A stretch of DNA of 64,000 nucleotides from positions 40,920,001 to 40,984,000 of the forward strand of contig OZ024741.1 of NCBI GenBank assembly GCA_964016885.1, written 5' to 3'. Positions 12,187 to 24,704 of this stretch are shown here, in pieces (the first letter of the stretch is position 1; every line of letters begins with the position of its first letter). Source of the DNA: Eledone cirrhosa. Taxonomy: Eukaryota. A model generated the notes under the pieces. It did no database searches and was not told where the DNA came from. It saw nothing but the letters and a program-made list of their open reading frames with translations. The position numbers were made by a program, and so were the translations under genes.

Positions 12187-13288
12187 GGTTAACTCGAGGC
12201 TATAGTAGAAGACACTTGTATATGATGTTATACAGTGAAGACTGAATAGAAGCCACATGGCTGTGAATCAAACTTGTTAACCACATAGCCATGGAAGCAT
12301 TTATTTTCGATATTTTTCCTTTATACAATAGAAAGAAAATGTGTCTTTTTGAAAAGCTCTTTACTATATAACTGAGAAAAGGATATCCTTGGGAGAAATC
12401 CAATGGAAGCAAACAGATGAATAGAGAAGCTACTCAAAATAAATGAAACATCTTTAAAAAGATTGCAAATGCACACACATTGTCAATGTTTTAAATGAAA
12501 TGACAAGCACATTTTGGTTATAGTTATACAGCTTATAGTTACAGCATTGTGTATGTTTGTGAATACTTCTCACTCATAACTTTGTGGCAATCAGAATTAA
12601 AACTCTTTTCAGAAGTGACTAAATTATCATTATTCTACTACTACTACTGCTACTACTACTGTTGCGGCTACTACTTCTTTGATAGCTTTATGCAAGTTTC
12701 TACTATATCACCAGGTGTACCTGTGTTCTGATAACAACAACAATAATAATAACAACGATAATAATAATAATTATTATTATGTTGTAGTAGCTGTTCATTT
12801 GAACCTATTATTTGCCTTCATCATGCATGCCATTTAGAGACTTCCAAAGCTATAGGGGCGGAGAAATGTTCTCACTCCTATGTAATATATGTAGTGACAT
12901 ACAAAAGCCAGCTAAGTTCATCTATCCAATGACCTTTTATTCTTGATGGAGTAGAAGGGGCATTATCCCAGCTTCAATGTTGTTAAACAACTGAGACTTT
13001 AAGACTTATCCCTGGATAGGATGCCACTCCACCACAGGGTCAACTCCCAGCTACTACTCATACTAATTTTCAGCTGGATGTATTGGAGCAACATGAAATT
13101 AGGTAACAAAATTTGATTTTGCTAACATAGTAGATACGTAAATCCATTTGCAAGTTTTATATTAAATAATAATGATATTATAATAATGTTATCAATATTC
13201 AATTCGTTTGCAAGCAAACAGCCTCATAACTCCATGTGTTTTAGATGACAATCGTCATCATTTTGTTCTAGAAGTAGCATAGAGAAAC

Positions 13289-13329
13289 AATCAACAATTG
13301 TTTTGGGGTTATTGCCTCTTGTCACGATT
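13289..13329 (-). ncRNA. Degenerate hammerhead motif
   Basis: AATC-GTGACAA-GAGG..CCCC-AAAA-CAATTG-TT-GATT; core changes partly explained by CpG decay; palindromic hexamer CAATTG. Confidence 0.4.
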
Positions 13330-13725
13330 CTGTAGCTCCTTTTCTGCCACATACTGGAACTCTAGAGAATATATAATATTCTCTAAAGTATACATCGGCT
13401 GATTCGCCTAATTTGTATATCGAACGATTTTATGCCCGGCTTTGCTGAAAATTAAAAATGAAATAGTTCTAGTCCTGTAGAAGCCATTTCTATATTAAAC
13501 TTGATGTTTACACTCTACTAATGTTTTGAATACCTTACTAACTGTGGTTACCCCAGATTAAACCTGGGACTTATATATATATATATATATATACATGGAA
13601 AGTTATATTTAAATTGTTGGGTTACAACTAGTAAATATTTATAACTGATATAAAAGCACTCAACAAGTATTTGGAGTATATTTACGATATTAAATAAATG
13701 GAAACTATATTTATAAAACCATATT

Positions 13726-13790
13726 TATTTCATTATATATATTTCAGGGATATCATATTAACAATATGTTATGCCTTCTTCATATATTAA

Positions 13791-13791
<1 letters not shown>
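13726..13791 (-). ncRNA. Degenerate paralog of the 11847 hammerhead (core C3 to A)
   Basis: ATGAAGA-AGGCATAACATATT/AATATGATATCCCT-GAAA-TATATA-TA-ATGAAATA; the downstream flank also matches 11912-11940. Confidence 0.65.
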
Positions 13792-13846
<55 letters not shown>

Positions 13847-16800
13847 TGTCCTGGGTATGACATTAAACTACATCCAGTGGCAAGGCTCCAGTTCGGGAGT
13901 TCAGGAGATGTGGGGAATGTGGAGTTACCCCTTAGTTGTCATGACTCCCAGGTCTGCCCTGGCCCGGGGTGGTAGTACCTGTTAGGGCTCCATTTATGGG
14001 TTAAATAACTACCTTATTCGAGTGGCGCCGGTAAGGTATTGTCAGCCATTGAAAAGAAATATGGAGAGTCGATCTAACAGCACTAGGGTTAGAGCCCCTA
14101 ATTACACTGTCAAGGAGCAGCCTGGTCGTTATGACTCTGCTGGCTTAGAGCCACAGAGAGGGCCAGTGGATGATGGATCAGCTGTCTCTGAGACAAATAT
14201 AAAGAATGCAGTTTTGTCCTGCAGAAGAGCCATCAAAATGGGCACTTTGAATGTGAGGACTATTCGGGCGCTGGAGAAGAGAGAGGAGTTGGGACATCTG
14301 TTCGAGGAGAGTGGTATACAGATACTTGCGATCCAAGAACACAGGATTCTACACGATGAGCCCGTGAGGAGTGTGATGGTCGGGAGGAAGAGCCAGCTCA
14401 TCACTACATCGGCAGTGAAGAACACAACAAATGCTGCAGTAGGAGGAGTGGGTTTTGTGTTCAGTGCAAAAACTAATCTGTTGGTGAGGGAAATAATGCC
14501 TATCTCCCCGCGAGTGTTGAGGGTGACCTTCAATGGAAACCCAAGACTGACAGTCATCTCAGCCTATAGTCCAACCGAGGGGGACAGTGATGTGAATGCC
14601 GAGGAGTTCCATGAGGAGGTGTGTGGGGCTGTCAACACCACTCAGGCACACAATATCCTGCTTGTTTTGGGGGACTTCAATGCACATCTGAGTAAGGAGG
14701 GCAGTGAAGATCCTTGCTGGTACTTCCATAACAACACCAACCGAAATGGAAGACTACTGAGAGACACCCTGCCGGAGGCGAACTTGATGGCAACCAACCT
14801 AAGGTTTAGGAAGAATCTGGGGAAGATGTGGACCTACATACAGATATGCACCTGTCCAAGTCCCAGATTGATTTCATTCTGGTGAGGAAAAAGTGGCGGA
14901 ATAGTGTTCTGAACACGGAACCATACAGCTATTTCAGTACACTGGGTAGTGACCACCGGCTTGTTATGAGTGAGGTCCGTGTGAGCTTAAGAAAGAGCAA
15001 GGCTCAGCCCCGGAGAACAATCTATGACTGGGGAGCTTTCAAGGAAGATGATAAGCTACAGGAGAGGTTCACAGTGGAAGTGAGAAACAGGTTTAGTGCT
15101 CTGTGTGGAGAGTCAGAGGAGAGAGAGATTGGATGGACTGAGGAGAGTGTGACGAGGAGGTACGGGCGCTTCACCAATGCAGTGGCGAAAGCAAGTGAAA
15201 CCCTGGTGCCGAGGAAAAAGAACAAAGGGAAGCACGTCAGCTCTGCAAACCCAAAAGTGTGTGCAGCCAGAGAACACCTGAAAGCTGCCAGGGACCAATT
15301 CTATGCTGATCCTACGGAGGAGAGGATGGAGACTGTGGAGGTGATGAGGGAAGAGCTCTGTACCGCTTACACTGAGGTCAGAGAGGAGGCACTGATAGAG
15401 AAGATCAGAAGTGTGGAGAGAGCGGTTGACAGATCTGGATGTAGGGAGAGCTGGATGATCATCAACGAGATCACAGGGAGGAAGAAAAGGTGTTCGAGTC
15501 AGATCCAGGGAACGGGGCCCGAGGATAGGAAGAGGAAATGGCTAGACCATTTTAGGACCCTACTAGGAGAGCCACCCTCCACAGCCCAGAGCAGTGGGGA
15601 GATCAGGCGGCTGTTTGAGGAACTGGATGTTGAGACAGAGCCCTTCACCAGAGAGGAGCTTCAGAGAGCCAAGAAGAAGATCAAGGAGGGCAAGGCTCAT
15701 GGAGAGGATGGAGTGGCATCAGAGGTGATGAAGAGGTGTGATTTTGATGATATCATCCTGGGGTTCTGTAACGGGGCATTGGAGAAAGGAGTTGCCCCGA
15801 ATCAGTGGAGGATCAGTAACATCGTCCCAGTGCCAAAGAAGGGAGATCTCTCTAACACCAACAACTACCGGGGGATCTCACTGACGTCACTTGTGGCAAA
15901 GACCCTCAACAGGATGATTCTTAACAGGATCCAGCCTGAGATGGAGAAGAAGCTCAGGGACAACCAGAACGGCTTCAGAGAGGGTAGATCAACCACCAGT
16001 CACATCCTGATGCTGAGGAGGATATTAGAGGGAGCTAGAGCAAAGTGCCTTCCTGCGGTCATGGTTTTCATTGACTTTAGGAAGGCCTTTGATTCTGTGG
16101 ACCGTTACTGCCTGATGAAGATCTTACAGGCTTATGGAATCCCCAAGAGGATAGTGGACCTGATATCACTGCTCTACACCAACACCAAAGCCCAAGTCAT
16201 TACACCTGATGGGATGACAGAGTTCTTTGAGATACTGGCTGGAGTGCTCCAGGGAGATACATTGGCTCCCTACCTTTTTATCATCGTAGTGGACTATTGT
16301 ATGCGCCTTGCACTGGAGAAATACCAGGACACTGGCTTTACTGTAGCACCGGCTCAGAGCAGGAGAGTTGGGGCGAAAAAGGTATCGGATGCTGAATTTG
16401 CCGACGACATAGTTTTGGTGACAAATACAGTGAAGGAGGCAGAGGATTTGATGCGGGAGGTTGAGACTGTGTCGATGAGTGTGGGGCTGAGAATGAATGA
16501 GACTAAAACAAAATATCTGGTGGAGAATGTTGAGAAGCCAGAGGGGATCACTAATGTAGGCGGGAAGCCGCTGGAATTGGTTGAGGACTTCCTGTATTTG
16601 GGAGCAAAGATTGGGAATACGGAAGATGATGTGGTTGGGAGGAAGAGCAAGGCCTGGGCGGCGTGTCACAGCTTGAGATCGGTGTGGAAGTCGGACCTTC
16701 GTAGAGACCTGAAAATCCGCCTCTTCATTGCTGTAGTGGAGTCTGTGCTGCTGTATGGGTCTGAGACTTGGACACTGACCAAGAGACTCACTCAGATGGT

Positions 16801-17168
16801 GGATGGGTGCTACACGAGAATGCTGAGGATGGCTCTGAACATTAATCAGTATACACTGAGGATGAAAAACTCAGAGCTGTATGGGAGCATCCCAAAAGTC
16901 AGCTCAAAAGTGACACAGAGGAGACTGAGGTTGGCTGGACATGCTCACCGACATCCAGAGTTGACATTGCACTCAGTGCCCTTTGGGAGCCCCTACATGG
17001 ACACACTAGAAGAGGAAGACCAAGGTTAACATATGTTGATGCCCTAAGGACAGACACTGGTCTGTTGGAGATGCAGGATATGGCAGCGATAATGAGGGAC
17101 AGAGACCGCTGGAGAGAACTCGTCCATGGATCTCGGGAATTTTACCCGCCTTAGATAGATAGATAGAT
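13847..17168 (+). mobile_element. Near full-length RTE-clade LINE
   Basis: ~210-bp 5' UTR, single APE-RT coding region, (AGAT)n tail starting at the stop codon; GC-richer than the flanks; (TA)n on both sides. Confidence 0.95.
14061..17154 (+). pseudogene. APE endonuclease-reverse transcriptase ORF with two 1-nt frameshifts (~14840, ~16980)
   Basis: APE motifs GTLNVRT, IQEHR, LGDFNA, QIDFIL, GSDHR; RT motifs NYRGISL, QNGFR, FIDFRKAFDSV, GVLQGDTLAP, FADD, YLG; shifted frame continues LWEPLHGHTRRGRPRLTYVD...FYPP* (TAG 17152-17154). Confidence 0.92.
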
Positions 17169-17201
17169 ATATATATATTAATTATTAGTACAGATTAAAG
17201 T

Positions 17202-17418
17202 TTAACCCTTTAGCATTTAAAATGGTGGTATCTGGCCAGAATTCTCTCACCTTTTTCTCTTCAAACCAGCTGCTCATTCTTAAGTTAAGGTATTCTTAAA
17301 AATATAAATAATATCAAAATCTCATAGATTCGATTATATGAGATAATTATGTGAGGTCAAGTGATTACCGTGAAAATACAATAGTAAATATAGAATAATG
17401 TAAATGCTAAAGAATTAG
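17202..17418. mobile_element. TTAA-flanked (piggyBac-type) MITE
   Basis: TTAA|CCCTTTAGCATTTA ... TAAATGCTAAAGAA|TTAG; copies at 31345-31749 and 60573-60780; empty paralogous site at 45850. Confidence 0.85.
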
Positions 17419-17713
17419 GCAAAGAATCGCTGCTTTCACCCTATTCTGTGATCTTCTGAAACTCTTATCAAGCCCTCTTCAGATTTTCATCTTCATAATC
17501 ATTATTACTATACATATGGCATTAGGAAGGGCATCCAGTCATAGAAGACCAGCCGGAAACCCCCCTATTTGAGCGAGACACAGTCACTCTGCCTCAAAAT
17601 AGGACCCGTCTAACCCATGCTAGTGTGGAAGATGGACGTTAATTGATGATGTTGATGATGATGATTATATATATGTATATTTGTCTTCCTAATAATCGTC
17701 TTTTTCTCCCTAT

Positions 17714-17768
<55 letters not shown>

Positions 17769-18703
17769 CATAATCGGAGAAAGCTAATAGCGATACTCCA
17801 GCCAAATTCCAACTCAGTCAACAAACATTAGGAAATACCTGAGTATATTCCTCATTAAATGTTCGGGGTGCTAACTAATTGTATTGTGTGGAAAATTGGC
17901 TGTATCATTTCATATGAGATATATCAAATATATCTCTTCCCAGACGACTCGTTTCATTATAAGATTTCCACAAGTTGGGTGAAATTATACTAAATTATGT
18001 AGAAGCTTGTATAAGATCAACAGATACTTATTCAAGTGGGCTCTTATAATTCTTCAGTGGGTGCCCAATAATATTAATATTGATAACCAAATCAACATCA
18101 ATATTTAGCGATAATCACCATCAGTGCTTGAGGGAGCTGCTAGGTTGTTAGTCCAACCGTTCTCTCTATATATATATATTTATATATATAATATAAATAA
18201 TCAACATCATTTTGCATCAGTTTTCCATGTTAGTTAGTTTTTTGTTGTATTTTCAAATACTTTTGTGTTTACAATATTGTTACTGTTTGAAGTTTTGACA
18301 TGTGGATCATTAGTTTTTTTTTATAGATATGATTGGCTTTTATCTCACTATCTGTAGTGTATCTATTGAATCAGTAAGTAATTTTTTTTCCGTTGAAGTA
18401 CCACTTTTTAATAAAGTAATATTCCCGCATTACATTATGCATTGGATACTTTACATAAAATGGGCTTCTTTTCCATTTTTAACAGAATACCATTCAATGA
18501 TCGTATGCGTGTATGTATGTATACATACAAATATAAATATACATTTATGTATATATACTCATTATCATTGAAATATGTATCGCTGCCTTATCAATAAAGG
18601 TCTTTAACATCTGAAACTATTTTGCATGTTCTTATATATATATATATATATATATATAGTGACGAAACATAAGTCAATTGCATGAACTCATAATCCTTTA
18701 TTT

Positions 18704-18759
18704 ACTGCTATATATATTTCGATGATAGCCATTGAATGGCTATGACCTCATCAGGCAGT
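18704..18759 (-). ncRNA. Type I minimal hammerhead ribozyme, complete core
   Basis: ACTGC-CTGATGA-[GGTCATAGCCA/TGGCTATCATC]-GAAA-TATATA-TA^-GCAGT. Confidence 0.8.
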
Positions 18760-18808
18760 TAGTCAGCTCTGTGTTTATGGTGTTGATGGTATCAGAGCCT
18801 TGGGACAT

Positions 18809-18847
<39 letters not shown>

Positions 18848-18872
18848 CGTTTATGTAGGTATATATATATAT

Positions 18873-19186
18873 GATGTACAAAGCGAAACCTACAGTCAGT
18901 AGGCACCTCTTATGAGATCGAGATCGTGTAGGTGTCACAACAAAAAAAAACACAGTCCACGCTGTAATGTGGCCGTGTAGGTAACACGGTAAAAAGTTCC
19001 CAGTTCCACACTGTAAATGTGGTTGGTGTTAGGAAGGGCATCCAGCCGTAGAAAACCTGCCAGATAGTCCTATATGAGCGAGACACGGTCACCCGACCAA
19101 CCTTGCCTCGAGTGGGACAACTCCTGTCTAACACATGCTAGCGTGGAAAATGGACGTTAAACGAAGATGATGATGATGATGATGAT
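18873..19186 (+). mobile_element. 5'-truncated RTE 3'-UTR copy with (GAT)n tail
   Basis: GTTGGTGTTAGGAAGGGCATCCAG...GGACGTTAAAC(GAT)n; TACGTTTATGTAGGTATATA on both flanks; homologous to 27648-28112(-). Confidence 0.8.
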
Positions 19187-19911
19187 ACGTTTATGTAGGT
19201 ATATATATATATATATATAAGTTTATGTAGGTGTGTGTATATATACGCTTATGTAGATGTTTATATATATATATATATATAATATATGTGTGTGCGTGTG
19301 TGTAGAGAGAGAGAGATAGATAGAGATTTGAGTTATTCATTTTCTTACAAAATGTTTCAGCAAAGTGAACATTTGCTCAGCTTCACCAGATATGAAGATA
19401 TATATGTGTAATTGTGTTTATGGATGTGAGTGTGTGTGTATGTGTATGCATGTGTGTGTGTGTGTTTGTAATAGTATAGGTATTATTTGAAATTGAATCA
19501 GTACAACATTATGTTGTTTTTATAATATCAATCAGGACCAGTGGGTTTGTGGATCTGTGTGAGTGTATGCATGCATATATATGTGGGTATATGTGTATGC
19601 ATGAATATATGTATATATATATATACGCATGTTTGTGTATAAATACATGTATGAATATGAATACATGTATATATATGTATGTGTTTGTATATGTGCATAT
19701 ATATATATATATATATATATACATATGTAAGTGTGTAGGTGTTTAAATGTAACATACACACCATGTGTTCCCATCTTCCTTATCTCTACATTACTTAGTA
19801 CAGAAGTATTATTTCCTACAAAACTCTATCTCAGTAAATCTCTAAATAATATACCATTAATAGCTTTAACACTTCATCTCATTATGCTGTTTCTCCTCCC
19901 TTTCTGTGTAT

Positions 19912-20271
19912 ATCATCATCATTTTACGTCCGCTTTTCCCTGCTTGTAAGGGTGGGATGGGAACTGATTCTGGCTTGATTTCTACAGCTGGATGCCCTTC
20001 TTACCACCAACCTCATTTACAGTGAGTGCTAGGTGCTTTTTTGCCGTGGCACCTCCACGACCTATTTGCAGTGTGGGCTGGGTGCTTTTTTGCCGTGACA
20101 CCTCCACGACCACTTTGCAGTGGAATGATATGGACCCCAGTCCTATCATCTCATTTCTACAGCTGAGTAAACTGGAGCAATATGAAATAAAGTGTCACCT
20201 GGTCTGAGAATTGAACTCACAACCTTTCGATTGCAAGGCCAATGCTCTAACCACTAAGCCATGTGCCTCCA
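19912..20271 (-). mobile_element. tRNA-headed CORE-like SINE (family B) with RTE-derived tail
   Basis: A box TGGCTTAGTGG, B box GAGTTCAATTC, CORE-like CAGTTTACTCAGCTGTAGAAATGAG; 3' part matches the RTE 3' UTR at 43190-43460. Confidence 0.8.
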
Positions 20272-20280
20272 TATATATAT

Positions 20281-23195
20281 AAAAACCATAGAATAACCAG
20301 ATCACTTTCAAGATCTGAACAGAGATTACCCACGAGAAACTAGGCAAAAAACGATCTAAACCTAAAAGCAAACCTAGGTAATTTTCCCAGAATGTTAAAA
20401 ATAATGCTAACAAGAAATGGAAAAATAATATACATAATACCAAAAATAGGACAAAAAAAATAACGAAACTAAGTATAATATCACGACCAAAAGTTCATCA
20501 AGCAAACACCGACAGGAATATAAATCCTGAACAGGGAAAAATCCATTTTTTAATGTCAGGACAACAAAAATCGGAAAAAGAAAAACTCCAGGAGGAAACA
20601 TACCCAAAACAATTCACATCGACTCCAACAGTCAACCACCAAGAACTAAAGGAGGATACCCAAGAATTCTGTTGTAAATTACGACTTGTAGAATTCTTCG
20701 CTGATAAAAGTAATGAGAGTGATGAATCACTAGTAAAGAATAAATCAAATTTCACTCCGCCAAAAGGAAGAAATATCTATCTCGACCAATACATTGACAT
20801 CCTGTCTAAATTTCCTCTTAGACATAATACTAATGTTAGGCCAAACATTAACAAATCAGAAATGTCTGCACTTAAACGTATACAAAATGATAAAACAATA
20901 ATAATTAAACAAGCAGATAAAGGGGGTGCAATTGTTATAATGGATGCTGAATACTACAAAGATTTGATTGAGGAACAACTGAAAGACACAACATTCTACC
21001 ATGAAATACCGTCAAATATAGACCACAACATCATGAAGAAGATCAAGAACCTGGCTTCAAAATACTACAACTCACTTACTGATAATGAAAGAGACTACAT
21101 CACCAATTTTGAGCCAAAACCCAGCAACTTTTATGGCTAGCCGAAAGTTCATAAGTCAAAAGAAATCCAACTGGCAGTAAAAGAACAAAAAAGTGAGTAC
21201 ATTAAATTACTACACCCAAAAGACTTAAAACTTAGACCTATTATAGCTGGTCCAACATGCCCTACCCAGTGTCTAAGTAATTTTGTTGACATTATTTTGA
21301 AACCACTATGTATTCACATACCCAGTTTCATCCGGGATGATATCGACTTCCTGTCCCATCTCAAAACCATGGAAACGAATTCACTTCTACTTAGTTTTGA
21401 TGTGGTAAGCCTTTACACCAACATTACACATGATTTAGGAATAAAGGCAGTTTAATACTGGGTGGAAAAACATAGAAAAGTGATTCCCACCAGATTCACA
21501 GCGCCATTTATATTAGACGCAGTCAAACTTATTCTGGAAAACAACACTTTCTTCTTCAATGGAAAGAATTACATCCAAATTAGAGGCACAGCAATGGGAA
21601 CGAAGTTTGCTCCCGTTTACGTGAACTCTGTAATGGGATACTTAGAACAACAACTCTACCAAGAAACAGAGGAAAAATATAGCACTGAATTTAGAAAGTA
21701 CATTGAAAAGTCTTGGAAGAGATACCTTGACGACTGTTTCATCATCTGGACAGAATCTCTAGATACTCTGGATGAGTTCAATATCCTCCTGAATAACCTA
21801 CACCCATCTCTCCAATTTACAAAAGAGATGAGTAGTACCAAATTACCATTCCTAGATATAATGGTAATCAAAACGACACCACCATTACCACAGATATATA
21901 CTAAAAACACACAGACACCCATCAATATCTGAATTTTAAGTCATGCCATCCACCTCATACAAAACACAACACCCCATACTGCCTAGCCAGAAGAATTTGT
22001 ACCATTGTAGAAGATACGAATACCAGGTACAAACGCCTAACAGAACTAAGGGAATTTTTGCTCAAACAAAAATACCCATCTCTACTTATAGAAAATGGCA
22101 TACACCGAGTTATAAAAATACCTATACAACAACTTAGGACAACCCAAGGAAGAAGAAACCAAGAACTGGTCATACCATTTATAATGACACACAATCCATG
22201 TCACCAGAATATCTTCAACACTGCCAAAGCAAACCTACCGATCATTGCTCAAAGTAATTAATTAAAAGGTTTAATCACAGACCGAGCTTTGATTCAGCCG
22301 AAAAATTTGAAACAATTACTAACAAAGGCAAAGTTTGACCTTAACAACAAAGACCAATCATTCACTGTATCTAAATGCAATGATAGTCGATGTGGCACAT
22401 GTCAGTTCATACATACTGGTCAATATATGAACACAAAAACTGGAAAAATATTCCCAAATGCAAATACGAACTGCAAAAGCAGAAATCTAATTTACTGCAT
22501 TAAATGCCTGAATTGTGAAGAACTATATGTCGGTCAAACTGGAAATACACTATCGGAACGTGCATGGGTGCACTGACAGCAAATCAGAGACCCAAATGTC
22601 CGTCAGATTACCCCTGAGTAACCATCTAGCAACATGTGGTCAGAAAATATTTATAATATTTCCATTCTACAAACTACACAGCCCAAGTGAAATCAAGAGA
22701 AAAATTAAAGAAAAGAATTTTATTGATAAATTCCAACCCAAGCTAAATGAACAATAATAATGCTTAGGGGTATTACTCCTACTATGACTACGCCTATGAC
22801 CATGTCGACTACCACCACTAACATCCACAACAACAATAATAATAATAAAAGTGATGTTGATAGTGATGATTACTGAAGATTTTTTATAAAAACCCTAGAA
22901 AATCCTATTTTCATCATTTCTAAAAATAGCAAAACAATTGATGCTTTGGATAGGGTCAAATAGAAGTCGTTAGACATGCTCAACCAACCATGACGCCTAA
23001 ACCAATCAGCTTTAGTAATCTAGTGAAACCACACACCGATTGGTCGAAATACAGTTTGCAAAACTTAGCATTCTGTAGCCCCTTTTTACTGTATATAAGG
23101 CACAGATTTTAGCCATATCATTACAGTTGAAAATTGCAAACTTGACTGTCACCACTGAATATAAACCTGAAGATTGCGAAAGCAATAAATGTGTT
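20281..23195 (+). mobile_element. Penelope-like retroelement (RT plus C-terminal GIY-YIG, Neptune-like Cys linker), decayed
   Basis: IKQADKGGAIV, FYG*PKVHK, LRPIIAG, SFDVVSLYTNI, GTAMGT, RYLDD, LPFLDI; CNDSRCGTC; NLIYCIKC..C..LYVGQT; several stops and frameshifts; degenerate HHR at 23167-23195. Confidence 0.9.
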
Positions 23196-23196
23196 G

Positions 23197-23491
23197 AGAG
23201 AGAAACTGTGTCCGAGAGGGATAGAATATAGTGTGCGAGAGAGGAGACTGAGGTGGTATGGACATGTGATGCGCATAGAAGTGTCAGGAAATGCCAGTTG
23301 ATGGAAGACGTGGTAGAGGTAGACCACAAAAAACATGGGCGGAGGTGGTGAGAACAGACCTCAGATCGCTGAAGCTCATGGTGGAGATGACGAAGGACCG
23401 TGACGAGTGGAAAGATGCTGTGCTGAATAAGACCCGTCCCACCCTTGCAAGCAGGGAAAAGCGGACGTAAAATGATGATGATGATGATGAT
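23197..23491 (+). mobile_element. RTE 3' fragment with (GAT)n tail
   Basis: RERRLRWYGHVMR...GRGRPQKTWAEVVRTDL coding remnant followed by GGACGTAAAA(TGA)n. Confidence 0.8.
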
Positions 23492-23499
23492 GTATATGT

Positions 23500-23537
<38 letters not shown>

Positions 23538-24704
23538 ATATATACACATACATATACACACTCTTACTTTCTCTTTCAATTGGTATTCCGATGTTGCTCA
23601 AGTTATGAATAAATGAAAAGTATTTTGAAAAGCCAGTAAGCTTTAAAACCAAAAGCAAAACCAATCTCTCTTCAGTATCTTATTGTAACCCTGGCAGCTT
23701 CTGATTATTCATGGATCGGAGCTATTTCACCAGTTCAATAAATACTTGGAGGTGTTTGGACAGGTCAGTTATGACCAGTAACTCTATGCTTTTCTCTTTC
23801 TTTGTGTTTGTTTTATTTTGTTTGCCTTTGAATTTTATTTATTATATTTATTTTTTTCTTCTTTTCCTTTCATTTTCGTCTTATTTTGGCAAGACAGACA
23901 AGGGTTGCTAATGGCTTTTAAATGACTGTTCTCTCTCTCTCTCTTTCTGCTAAATTCAGCTTCTTGGCAGTTCTAATTGAAATGTTGTTACTAATAAGTA
24001 GATAGGTGGGATGGCTATTACGAACTGGCCGTCGTCCAGTGGCACCCATTGCCAAATTTGGAATAGGTTACTTTAAAATGTTACATACATACCGATGAAT
24101 AAACACAAATATATACATATAGATGTACGCACAGCTAAAAGAGATGATCATATCTCTTGCTCTCCCTCCCTCCACACAACCATTCTATTCCCCAACACAC
24201 ATTATACACACCACACATACACATCTCTCTCTCTAGTTCCTTTTCCTCTTTTCCGCCACTCTTTTACACAACACATGTTACTCACAGTCACAGACACACC
24301 ACATCTCGCCTACACACACCACCACCTGCTATTTAGCTCTCTTTCTAATTTCTTTGATGTAAATTTACGATTACCTTCAGTTGTAAATGATTCAATTAGT
24401 CTTTCTAACAACCTGTAGCTGGGATATTTTAAAATTTTAATTAATCTTGAAGAATATCGTTACATAACAATTTTATTTAGTAACAACAACAAAAAAAAGT
24501 GGAAAGTTCTCTAGGATCAACACATTTTCCTTTTTTAATATATATATACCCAGGGTGTGTAACGTGAAGTTACTGTAGGTTCACCCAGGTGAGCACTCGA
24601 TGTTTAGGTTCACGTCAGTGGCGAGGTGTAGTGTTAAACAGAGTGTAATATACAATGACAATTTGTTAAGCCTTCATTATGTTTATTGATTGGTGACGTG
24701 CATC

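Noticed and set aside
14129-16669. Antisense ORFs within the LINE (also 41959-42483)
   Set aside because: Shadow frames of the RT coding strand.
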